Shown here in pieces: positions 52,692 through 64,000 of a stretch of 64,000 nucleotides of DNA. A program made the position numbers and the translations under genes. Source of the DNA: Eledone cirrhosa (lineage: Eukaryota); the NCBI GenBank assembly GCA_964016885.1, contig OZ024761.1:4030001-4094000 (forward strand). The letters run 5' to 3'. Position 1 is the stretch's first letter. Each line of letters begins with the position of its first letter. The notes beneath the pieces were generated by a model. It did not search any database. It was not told the DNA's origin and was given only the letters and a program-made list of their open reading frames with translations.

Positions 52692-53137
52692 CATACACAC
52701 CATTGCATTTACATACACACACACATACACACCATTGCATTTACATACACACACACATACACACCATTGCATTTACATACACACCATTTCATTTACACAT
52801 ACACACCATTGCATTTACACACCATTGCATTTATATACACACACACACACACACACCATTGCATTTACACACACACACCATTGCATTTATATACACACAC
52901 AAACCATTGCATTTACACATACACACCATTGCATTTACACACACACACCATTGCATTTACACACACATACACAACATTGCATTTACACATACACACCATT
53001 GCATTCACATACACACACCATTGCATTTACACTCACACACCATTGCATTTACATACACACATACACACCATTGCATTTACACATGTACCATTGCATTTAT
53101 ATACACACATACACACCATTGCAATTACATACACACA
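52692..53137. repeat. About 22-bp CACACCATTGCATTTAC array
   Basis: Direct reading. Confidence 0.88.
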
Positions 53138-53139
53138 TA

Positions 53140-54435
53140 CAGGGTGTGGACGATATTTGTTCGCAAGATTACTGTCTAGGAAAAAATAACACAGTAGTTT
53201 TATTTTTTAAGATATATTTATCAAACTTGGGTCAGTTTGTCTTCATGACTTGTTTTTTCGATCTCACTCGATAAACCCGCCATTGGCTTTGATAACGGCC
53301 TCAAGGCGGCCTCGGAACCGGCTACAGGCCTTCGTCACTGTCCCCCGATTTAAGCCCCTAAAGGCACTTGTGATCCTGGCCTTCAGATCGTCTTTCGTAT
53401 TGCAGTTAGATCTTTTGGTGTCTCGTTCCACTGTGCCCCACACAAAGAAGTCGAGGGGGTTGCAGTCAGGCGAGCTGTGAGGCCAGATGTCAGGTGAAGT
53501 GTGGTCGACGAAGTTCTCTGACAGCCAGGCTTGGGTCTTTTGGCTGGTATGGCAGGGCGCTGAGTATTGCTCCCACACGTACGGCTTACCTGCAGCTACC
53601 TGGTTGATCCAGGGCTTTACTACCTCGCTCAGAACGTGGATGTACCCATCAGTGTTTAGCTTGAGGCCCTCAGGGAAGAAGTGAGGTGGCATGACGTCAC
53701 CTTGACTGCTGACGACACCTAAGACCAATGTTGTCGCTGGAAACTTTGTCTGTATGACTCTGGGCACATCTTTGGATGAGACAGCGAGCCACCTGTTGTT
53801 CTGGGAGTTGATCTTCTGGTCTTGGCAGAAGTTTTTCTCGTCGGAGAAAAACTACAGCATGTCTGGCTCCAGTGGGTGTTTCAACTTGTTGATCAGCTTC
53901 TTTGCGTGCTTCAGTTGCTTTTCTTGACAGAAATTGTCCTTTCCTCATCTTGTATGAAACGTAGCGAATATCTTCATGTACCAGCAGCATAATGAGCTTT
54001 TTATCAACGCCTTTCTCCCTTGCAATGGCACGCATTGACTTGCTAGGTTCATTGTTGATGATATCCTGAACTTCAGCAACGAACTCGGGCGTTCTGCAGG
54101 CGTCAGATCGTCGATCATGTGTTTTCCTCTCTGATGTTGCTTCGTAGTCGAATCCTGAATCTTCCAATTCCTTTCTGACCTTTTCCACCATTCTCCTGCC
54201 GACGCTGAGAAAGTCTGAAATTTCTTTATTTGTCCTCCCGGCGCAAATTCCAAGAAGAACTCCGTGGCTCTTCCACAAATTTGGAGGTTCAAAATTATTT
54301 ATAATCAATTATTATGAAAATAAATAATGGAAATATAGTCACTGTTTTTATGAAGACAAGAGTGACAACGGAAGTAAAAAAAAATTGCATAAAATTAGCA
54401 GTTGAAAATTGCGAACAAATATCATCCACACCCTG
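53140..54435 (-). mobile_element. Tc1/mariner superfamily DD37D (maT-like) transposon, 1296 bp, inactive
   Basis: 27-bp TIRs CAGGGTGTGGAYGATATTTGTTCGCAA, TA on both sides; FSDEK, (D>Y)SAPCH, 37 residues to SPDCNPLD; frameshift near 53920. Confidence 0.92.
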
Positions 54436-54870
54436 TATATATATATATACATATATATATATGTAGGACGATAAATTTAAACAGGTCTAATTTATAAATT
54501 AAAAATGGTGGTTATATATATATATACACAGACACACACACATATACATTCAATATGACAATTTAAATTCATTCTTCAATTTCTACGTCCATTTCAATAC
54601 GGTTACAATGGTACATGCATATATAAGCAATTGGAAATAATTAATTATCAATTATTAACACTATACATAAAACCTATAACTGCATTTCTTCAGGAAAATA
54701 TGAGAAGGAACAAAGTTTACGAAGTTCAAACAGTCTTAAGACAGACTTCATGCAAAGCAAGCCATTAAATATAAAAAAAAACAACATATTTTGTCCATGG
54801 AGTTGTTAGACCATGTAAAGTTACAGGTTGAGGTACAAATCATGGTCTTTAGTATTTACAACATTATCAA

Positions 54871-55952
54871 CCCTTTAGCATTTAAACCAGCCATATCCGG
54901 CCAGAATTCTCTCACCTCTTGTTTATACTGGCTGTAACTGGCCACTCATACCTATATTAAGGCATTGTTATTGAAATAAAAAAACATCAAAATCTTGTAG
55001 ATTTGATATTATGTAAAATAATTATGTGAGGTAAAGCCTTTACTGTGAAAATACAATAGTATATATAGAGTAATGTAAATGTTATGTGAGATATTATGTG
55101 AGGTAAAGCCTTTACTTTGAAAATACAATAGTATATATAGAGTAATGTAAATGTTATGTGAGATATTATGTGAGGTAAAGCCTTTACTTTGAAAATACAA
55201 TAGTATATATAGAGTAATGTAAATGTTATGTGAGATATTATGTGAGGTAAAGCCTTTACTGTGAAAATACAATAGTATATATAGAGTAATGTAAATGTTA
55301 TGTGAGATATTATGTGAGGTAAAGCCTTTACTGTGAAAATACAATAGTATATATAGAGTAATGTAAATGGTATGTGAGATATTATGTGAGGTAAAGTCTT
55401 TACTGTGAAAATACAATAGTATATATAGAGTAATGTAAATGTTATGTGAGATATTATGTGAGGTAAAGCCTTTACTGTGACAATACAATAGTATATATAG
55501 AGTAATGTAAATGTTATGTGAGATATTATGTGAGGTAAAGCCTTTACTGTGAAAATACAATAGTATATATAGAGTAATGTAAATGTTATGTGAGATATTA
55601 TGTGAGGTAAAGCCTTTAATGTGAAATACAATAGTATATATAGAGTAATGTAAATGTTATGTGAGATATTATGTGAGGTAAAGCCTTTACTGTGAAAATA
55701 CAATAGTATATATAGAGTAATGTAAATGTTATGTGAGATATTATGTGAGGTAAAGTCTTTACTGTGAAAATACAATAGTATATATAGAGTAATGTAAATG
55801 TTATGTGAGATATTATGTGAGGTAAAGCCTTTACTGTGACAATACAATAGTATATATAGAGTAATGTAAATGTTATGTGAGATATTATGTGAGGTAAAGC
55901 CTTTACTGTGACAATACAATAGTATATATAGAGTAATGTAAATAGTAAAGGG
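54871..55952 (-). mobile_element. Same element, about 13 units
   Basis: CCCTTTAGCA ... TAAAGGGTTAA ends and same unit. Confidence 0.8.
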
Positions 55953-56072
55953 TTAATTATTTCTCATTATTATACAGATAGAACAATATTTGTTGTTAGA
56001 CTAGCAGGAGAGGAAATTATTTATGTGTGTATATATATATATATATAGTAATAATATATATTTATAGTCATA

Positions 56073-56110
<38 letters not shown>

Positions 56111-56179
56111 TGCTAAAGGGTTGATAACATTGTTAATAGTAAAGACAATGATTTGTACCTCAACCTGTAATATATATAT

Positions 56180-56348
56180 AGAGACGGGGGGTGGGGGAGA
56201 AGGGGGGGGGGATGGGGGGAGAGAAATGGAAGAGAGAGTGAGAGAGAGATGGAAGAGAGAGAGATGGAAGAGAGAGAGATGGAAGAGAGATGAGGGAGAA
56301 AGAGAGAGATGGGAGAGAGAGAAAGAGAGAGATGGGAGAGAAAGAGAT

Positions 56349-56383
<35 letters not shown>

Positions 56384-56553
56384 GAGAGAGAGAAAGAGAG
56401 AGATGGGAGAGAGAGAGAGATGGGAGAGAGAGAAAGAGAGAGATGGGAGAGAGAGAGAGAGAGAGATGGGGGAGAGAGAAAGAGAGATGGAAGAGAGATG
56501 GGGTAGAGTTAGAGAGATGGGAGAAAGAGATGGGGTAGAGTTAGAGAGAGAGA
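56180..56553. repeat. GA-rich tract
   Basis: Direct reading. Confidence 0.9.
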
Positions 56554-56598
56554 TAAATATATATAGTCAGAGGGTGAATTATGAAAGAGTGTACTTAC

Positions 56599-56752
56599 TA
56601 AGTTCACGTGGATTGGGGAACGGAAATGGTTGGGAAAGTGAGAAAAGAGCATCAGAAAACTCCATGTCCTCAATTTTATATGGAGCATCATTACTTTCTG
56701 TGGTGTTATGTCCCTGAAAGGACCATTCATAGAGATTATTCTGGGAGCTGCC
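56599..56752 (-). CDS. MLXIP: Mondo exon GSSQNNLYEW...FSDALFSLSQPFPFPNPREL
   Basis: CAG/GTAAGT, 154 nt, phase 0 to 1. Confidence 0.9.
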
Positions 56753-56927
56753 CTGGAACAGAGATAAACTCACATTAGATCAAAGGTTCATAAAACATCG
56801 GGGCCAGATTAACTCCTTTTCGGGCCGTAACAATTTAAAAGATTAGGGTGTATCCCTTACTCCCCCTACATATATAAATGCGGCATTTTTTTTTTATTGA
56901 GAATGACAAATACATTTAATTTGAATA

Positions 56928-57398
56928 AAATTGTGCCCCTTTCATCTATTGAAACCCCTAAAATATGTATATTTTAATTGTGCCCCTTTCATCCATTGAA
57001 ACCCCTAAAATATGTATATTTCAACTGAGCCCGTTTTATCTGTTGAAACCCCTAAAATATGTATATTTCAATTGTGACCCTTTCATCCATTGAAACCCCT
57101 AAAATATGTATATTTCAATTGTGCCCCTTTCTTCCATTGAAACCCCTAAAATATGTATATTTCAATTGTGCCCCTTTCATCCATTGAAACCCCTAAAATA
57201 TGTATATTTCAATTGTGCCCCTTTCATCCATTGAAACCCTTAAAATATGTATCTTTAAACTAAGCCTGTTTTATTTGTTGAAACCCCTAAAATATGTATA
57301 TTTCAATTGTGCCCCTTTCATCCATTGAAACCCCTAAAATATGTATATATCAACTGTGCCCCCTTTATCTGTTGAAACCTCTAAACATATGTATATTC
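56928..57398. repeat. 47-bp-class minisatellite, about 10 units
   Basis: AATTGTGCCCCTTTCATCCATTGAAACCCCTAAAATATGTATATTTC. Confidence 0.9.
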
Positions 57399-57507
57399 CA
57401 CTTCTTACTTAGACAAATCTTTCTCCCTTGATATATATTGATGGGGGGAGGAGGGGGGGGGGTAATTTGTCAAAGTGAAGGGTTGGGTTCATAGATCCCA
57501 ATAAATC

Positions 57508-59618
57508 CAGTACAGTACAGTATAGTATAGTATGGTATAGTATAGTATAGAATGGTACAGTATAGTATTGTATAGTATGGTACAGTATAGTACAGTATAG
57601 TACAGTATAGTATAGTATAGTATGGCACAGTATAGTACACTATAGTATACTATGGTATAGTATGGTATAGTATAGTGTAGTACAGTATAATACAGTACAG
57701 TACAGTATAGTACAGTATGGTATAGTATAGTATGGTATAGTATAGTATAGTACAGTGTAGTATAGTACAGTATATAACAGTATAGTATAGTATAGTACAT
57801 TGTAGTATAGTATAGTACAGTATAGTATAGTACATTATAGTATAGTACAGTATAGTATAGTACAGAATAGTATAGTACAGTATAGTGTAGTACATTATAG
57901 TATAGTACAGTATAGTACAGTAGAGTATAGTATAGTGTAGTATAGTACACTATAGTATAGTACAGTATAGTATAGTACAGTACAGTACAGTATAGTACAG
58001 TACAGTATAGTATATTATAGTACAGTATAGTATATTATAGTACTGCGTAGTATAGTATACTTACAGTATAGTATGGTATAGTATAGTATATTATATTATA
58101 GTACAGTATATTATAGTACAGTATGGTATAGTACAATACAGTGTAGTACAGTATAGTACAGTATAGTATAGTATATTATAGTACAGTATAGTACAGTATA
58201 TTATAGTACAGTATAGTATAGTAAGTACAGTATAGTATAGCACAGTATAGTACAGTACAGTATAGTATAGTACAGTACGGTATACTATAGTACAGTATAG
58301 TATACTAGAGTATAGTATAGTACAGTACGGTATAGTATATTATACTATGGTACAGTATAGTATAGTACAGTATAGTACGGTAAATTATAGTACAGTATAG
58401 TATAGTATAGTATAGTACACTATAGTATAGTACAGTATAGTATAGTACAGTGTAGTACAGTAAGTACAGTATAGTATAGCACAGTATAGTATAGTACAGT
58501 ATAGTATAGTACAGTACACTATAGCATAGTATATTATAGTACAGTATAGTACAGTTTAGTATGGTACAGTATAGTACAGTATATTATGGTGTAGTATAGT
58601 ACAGTGCAGTATAGTACAGTATAGTATAGTACAGTATAGTATAGTATAGTACAGTATATTACAGTATAGTATAGTACAATGTAGTATAGTATATTATAGT
58701 ACAGTATAGTATAGTACAGTACAGTACAGTGTAGTACAGTACAGTATAGTACAGTATAGTATGGTATAGTATTGTACAGTATAGTATAGTACAATATAGT
58801 ACAGTACAGTACAGTATAGCATAGTACGGTACGGTACAGTACAGTACAGTATAGTATAGTACAGTATAGTATCGTATGGTACAGTATAGTATAGTACAGT
58901 ATAGTACAATACGGTATAGTATATTATAGTATGGTACAGTATAGTACAGTATAGTATAGTACAGTATAGTATGGTACAGTATAGTATAATACAGTTTAGT
59001 CCAGTACAGTATAGTGTAGTATAGTATAGTATGGTACAGTATAGTATAGTATGGTACATTATAGTACAGTATAGTATGGTACAGTATGGTACAGTATAGT
59101 ATAGTATGGTATAGTATAGTATATTACAGTATAGACAGTATAGTATATTACAGTATAGTACAGTAGAGTATAGTACATTATAGTACAATAGAGTATAGTA
59201 CAATATAGTATAGTATAGTACACTACAGTATAGTATAATATAGTATAGTATAGTACATTATAGTATAGTACAGTACAGTATAGTACAGTACAGTATAGTA
59301 CTGTATAGTAGAGTATAGTAGAGTATAGTATAGTACAGTATAGTACAGTATAGTATAGTACAGTACAGTACAGTATATTATAGTATAGTATAGTACAGTA
59401 TAGTATAGTATAGTATAGTATATTATAGTATAGTCTAGTATAGTACAGTATGGTATAGTATATTATAGAATAGTATAGTACAGTATAGTACAGTATAGTA
59501 TAATATAGTATAGTACAGTACGGTATACTATAGCATAGTATAGTATAGTATTAGTACAGTATAGTATAGTACTGTACAGTATAGTATATTATATTATAGT
59601 ACAGTATAGTACAGTACA
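57508..59618. repeat. Pentanucleotide (TATAG/TACAG)n array, about 2.1 kb
   Basis: Direct reading. Confidence 0.97.
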
Positions 59619-59667
59619 TTGAACACCACCACTACAACTAATAACATCACCACCACCACCAACTTAC

Positions 59668-59793
59668 TTTAGATGTTGTAGAATTACGTCGTGCACGAGT
59701 GATTTGGTTCTTAGAAAACTTTCTCCAACTTTTATATTCTCCAGTAACTGATTCCAGCCTTCGTTTCCAGTATTTCCCTTCCATAACAACTGC
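59668..59793 (-). CDS. MLXIP: Mondo exon, glucose-sensing MCR region: AVVMEGKYWKRRLESVTGEYKSWRKFSKNQITRARRNSTTSK
   Basis: CAG acceptor, GTAAGT donor, 126 nt; resembles ChREBP AVVLEGNYWKRRIE..EY..WR. Confidence 0.93.
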
Positions 59794-59852
59794 CTGTTTA
59801 GAAATATAATATATAGCAAGATATATATATACATCTAATGTATAAATATAAT

Positions 59853-59891
<39 letters not shown>

Positions 59892-60194
59892 GTTTAATAT
59901 GTGTTAGTTGTTTACCGACACCTCAGTATGCAGGTTGGAGCACTCAATGCAGTACGCAGGTTGGTTTGTTTACTACGGAGTAATGTAAAATAATATGTGT
60001 AAGTCAAACATGTTAAAATTGGCTTCGTTTATTCTAATTCCCTGCTATATATATTTCAGTGACAGCCATGACAGATATGATTCCAGTTCCTTTGAGGACT
60101 AACACCACACCCAGGAGCTGGACATATCAATGAATTAACAGGGTAGGACACATTACAACAGTATGTTTACCTGTTTTTTCTACATTAATTCTTA

Positions 60195-60247
60195 CTGCCT
60201 GACGACGTCACAGCCAATAATGGCTGTCACTGAAATATATATAACAG
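60195..60247 (+). ncRNA. Type I hammerhead-like motif, family G
   Basis: CTGC-CTGACGA-..ACAGCCA/TGGCTGT..-GAAA, palindrome ATATATAT, A, ACAG (GCAG in the inverted partial copy). Confidence 0.65.
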
Positions 60248-60296
60248 CGAATTAGAATAAACGAAGCTAACATTAACATGTTTGACTTACAAATAT

Positions 60297-60348
<52 letters not shown>

Positions 60349-60598
60349 ACAGGAGGCTGGACTGGTGTAATTCCTTAAAGGTTTATTATACTATGAACAT
60401 TTCAATGACCGGGTTCAGTATGAATCCGGTGACATCATCAGGTATTCAAAATTAAACAAAGGAATATAATCCATGGGGCTGAAGAGGCAGAGAGACAAGA
60501 AGGCGGCCGACCGAACTAGAAACTGCTAAATGTGTGGCCGCCTTCTTGTCTCTCTGCCGCTTCAGCCCCATGGATTATATTCCTTTGTTAAATTTTGA

Positions 60599-60655
60599 AT
60601 ACCTGATGATGTCACCGGATTCATCTGAACCCGGTCATTGAAATGTTCATAGTAT
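60599..60655 (+). ncRNA. Type I hammerhead-like motif, family C (inverted copy 60388-60445)
   Basis: ATAC-CTGATGA-..ACCGG/CCGGT..-GAAA-TGTTCA-TA-GTAT. Confidence 0.68.
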
Positions 60656-60878
60656 AATAAACCTTTCAGGAATTACAACAGTCCAGCCTCCTGTTATCTT
60701 ATAATAATTAATTCCGTACTCGCACCACCAACAACACAAACGAAGATGGATGAGTTGTATTATGTCGAGTGCTCTCCCTACTATTACATCAAGGTTGACC
60801 ATACGGAATGACCAGTTCTATCCAGTGGTGAACCAACAAACCTAAATGTATATATATATATATATATGTACATACATA

Positions 60879-61449
60879 CAGGGTGGTCGCTAGAAAAGCG
60901 GAAAATTTGTCAAACTGCGATTTATTTTTACAAAGACTGATGTTACAAAGCATTACACTAACAAATACTCAAAATGTCATCCGTGCACTTGATGGCACCG
61001 TCTTAACCTGGAAATCCAGGCTCGGATGTTTCATCCAAAATTCGTTTCTTCGAACCCGTCCCTTGTCGGTGAGCATTAGTTGTTTCATGTCCTTCTTGTT
61101 TCAAAATTGCAACAACTTTATCAAACTGATGCCTTGTGATCGTTGGAAAAAAAATTGGGTAACACGGTTAAACATTTTGACAGCCCCCAAGTCGGATTTT
61201 CAGTTTTGAACAGAACAATCACCTGCCTTTGAAAGTTTGAAAGCTGTTTCCTCCTGCTGCTTCCGTCCATGATGTGGGTACCAAAATCGAAACCAAAGAA
61301 ATGAATAAGCAAGACGTAATGAAATCAATGCTTCTTGTGATTGTACACCTATTTGACAACAAAAGAACCAATCAAAAGCCATCAATCACAGATTTTATTG
61401 ATGATCTAATCTGACCTTCAAATTTTCCGCTTTTCCAGCAACCAACCTG
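60879..61449 (-). mobile_element. Internally deleted Tc1/mariner element
   Basis: 30-bp TIRs CAGGKTGGTYGCTRGAAAAGCGGAAAATTT, TA flanks, short transposase-like remnants. Confidence 0.8.
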
Positions 61450-61585
61450 TATCATCATCACCATTTTACGTCCGCTTTTCCCTGCTTGCAAGGGTGGGAC
61501 AGGTCCTATTCAGCACAGCATCTCTCCATTCGTCACGGTATATATATACCCAGCTTTTTAAATCGTGTGAAACCATTTTTCTGGC

Positions 61586-61981
61586 TTGGTAGCTGATGAC
61601 GGTGAAGGTGTGTGTCAACTTGGCTTGTCCATCACCTTTGGTTTGATAGCTGATGACGGTGAAGGTGTGTGTCAACTTGTCTTGTACATCACCTTTGGTT
61701 TGATAGCTGATGACGGTGAAGGTGTGTATCAACTTGGCTTGTCCATCACCTTTGGTTTGATAGCTGATGACGGTGAAGGTGTGTGTCAACTTGGCTTGTC
61801 CATCACCTTTGGTTTGATAGCTGATGACGGTGAAGGTGTGTGTCAACTTGTCTTGTACATCACCTTTGGTTTGATAGCTGATGACGGTGAAGGTGTGTGT
61901 CAACTTGGCTTGTACATCACCTTTGGTTTGATAGCTGATGACGGTGAAGGTGTGTGTCAACTTGTCTTGTACATCACCTTT
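61586..61981. repeat. 57-bp minisatellite, about 7 units
   Basis: TGATAGCTGATGACGGTGAAGGTGTGTGTCAACTTG..CATCACCTTTGGTT. Confidence 0.92.
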
Positions 61982-62049
61982 ATTTCCTTCTTCCAGTTAC
62001 TTCTCTGCACCAACATACTTCTTGTCCTCCCGCTCTCTCAATCTTTTCT

Positions 62050-64000
62050 ATATTTCATCTGCCTGTCACCCACCTTGTGTATTGGCATTATATATCATCT
62101 ACCTGTCACCCAGCTTGTAGATTCTCTCTCTGTTGACCACTGACCACTGGTCTCTATCCCCTGAGGCATTATATATCATCTGCCTGTCACCCACCTTGTG
62201 GATTCTCTCTCTAATGACCCCTGGTCACTGGTCTCTGTCCTCTGGTGCATTATATATCTGCCTGTCACCCACCATGTGGATTGTCTCTGTTGACCACTGA
62301 CCACTGGTCTCTGTGGCATTATATATAATCTGCCTGTCACCCACCTTGTGGATTGTCTCTGTTGACCACTGGTCACTGTCCTCTGTGGCATTATATATCA
62401 TCTACCTATCACCCACCTTGTGGATTGTCTCTGTTGACCACTGGTCACTGGTCTGTCTTCTGTGGCATTATATATCATCTACCTATCACCCACCTTGTGG
62501 ATTGTCTCTGTTGACCACTGGTCACTGGTCTCTGAGACATATATCATCTACCTATCACCCACCTTGTGGATTGTCTCTGTTGACCACTGACCACTGGTCT
62601 GTCCTCTGAGACATATCATCTACCTATCACCCACCTTGTGGATTGTCTCTCTGTTGACCACTGACCACTGGTCTGTCCTCTGAGACATATATCATCTGCC
62701 TGTCACCCACCTTGTGGATTGTCGCTGTTGACCACTGACCACTGAGGTATATTTCATCTGCCTGACACCCACCCGTGTGGATCGTCTCTGTTGACCACTG
62801 GTCACTGGTCTCTGACCTCTGTGGCATTATATATCATCTACCTGTCACCCACCTTGTGGATTGTCTCTCTGTTGACCACTGGTCACTGGTCTGTCCTCTG
62901 TGGCATTATATATCTACCTGTCACCCACCTTGTGGATTGTCTGTTGACCACTGGTCTCTGTCCTCTGTGGCTTTATATATCATCTGCCTGTCACCCACCT
63001 TGTGGATTGTCTGTTGACCACTGGCCACTGGTCTCAGTCCTCTGTGGCATTATATATCTGCCTGTCACCCACCTTGTGGATTGTCTCTGTCCAAAGAGAT
63101 ATATTTCATCTGCCTGTCACACACCTTGTAGATTGTTGACCACTGGTCACTGGTCTCTGTGGCATTATATATCATCTACCTGTCACCCAGCTTGTAGATT
63201 GTCTCTCTCTGTTGACCACAGACCACTGGTCTCTATCCACTGAGGCATTATATATCATCTGCCTGTCACCCACCTTGTGGATTCTCTGTTGACCACTGAC
63301 CACTGGTCTGTCCACTGAGGTATTATATATCTGCTTGTCACCAAGCTTGTAGATTGTCTCTCTGTTGACCACTGACCACTGGTCTCTGTCCTCTGTGGTA
63401 TTATATATCATCTACCTGTCACCCACCTTGTGGATTGTCTGTTGACCACTGGTCACTGGTCTCTGGCATTATATATCATCTGCCTGTCACCCACCTTGTG
63501 GATTGTCTCTCTCTGTTGACCACTGACCACCAGTCTGTCCACTGAGGCATTATATATCATCTGCCTGTCACCCACCTTGTGGATTGTCTCTGTTGACCAC
63601 TGGTCTCTGTCCACTGAGGCATTATATATCATCTGCCTGTCACCCACCTTGTGGATTGTCTCTGTTGACCACTGAGGCATTATATATCATCTGCCTGTCA
63701 CCCACCTTGTGGATTGTCTCTCTCTGTTGACCACTGAGGCATTATATATCATCTGCCTGCCACCCACCTTGTGGAATGTCTGTTGACCACTGACCACTGG
63801 TCTCTGTGGCATTATATATCATCTACCTGTCATCCACCTTGTGGAATGTCTGTTGACCACTGGCCATTGGTCTCTGTCCACTGAGGTATTATATTTCATC
63901 TGCATGTCACCAACCTTGTGGATTGTCTCTGTTGAACACTGACCACCAGTCTCTGTCCTGAGACATTATATATCTGCCTGTCACCCACCTTGTGGATTGT
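62050..64000. repeat. Irregular about 60-80-bp minisatellite running off the window
   Basis: Core ATCATCTGCCTGTCACCCACCTTGTGGATTGTCTCTGTTGACCACTG. Confidence 0.93.

Larger units (their letters stand above)
18311..59793 (-). other. MLXIP: Mondo / MLX-interacting protein (MondoA/ChREBP-like) gene, 3' 15 coding exons, 5' end outside window
   Basis: Exons join with consistent phases (2946 nt, 981 aa + stop). Recognisable Mondo blocks: EGKYWKRR..EY..WR, FPFPNPRE..DLIQP..QLQPNLEDFMD, bHLH HISAEQKRR.NIK..F..L..L.P..SKATMLQK, leucine zipper, C-terminal NWKFWIFS..RPLF..W.DQYCSL..LRP. Confidence 0.95.

Noticed and set aside
53264-54308. Active transposase
   Set aside because: Frameshift near 53920 and second catalytic Asp replaced by Tyr
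61590-61950. Repeated CTGATGA in the 57-bp array as tandem hammerheads
   Set aside because: CTGATGACGGTGAAGG has no stem II or GAAA, and no closing stems I and III were found

Overview
Repeat-rich animal genomic DNA; the repeat landscape suggests a mollusc, most likely an octopus (inference). One host gene dominates: the 3' 15 coding exons of a Mondo/MLXIP (MondoA/ChREBP-like bHLH-ZIP) gene on the minus strand (59793 down to stop at 18311). They join in frame with GT-AG junctions to give about 981 aa; the 5' exons lie beyond the window. One intron (22933-24153) has textbook U12 minor-spliceosome signals. Introns and flanks hold RTE and CR1-type LINEs, Penelope-like GIY-YIG remnants, a DD37D (maT) transposon, mariner/pogo derivatives, tRNA-SINEs, a TTAA-CCC element carrying a 72-bp satellite, and many minisatellites, several amplified from LINE sequence. 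The most striking unannotated signal is a set of about 8 sequence-distinct families of short, mostly fold-back inserts in (TA)n tracts. Each encodes a minimal type I hammerhead ribozyme fold, one with a covarying U3-A8 core, and several share a downstream TACTC..GAGTGCT stem-loop. Long low-complexity ORFs in the ORF track are repeat artefacts. All structures were read by eye; no searches were run.
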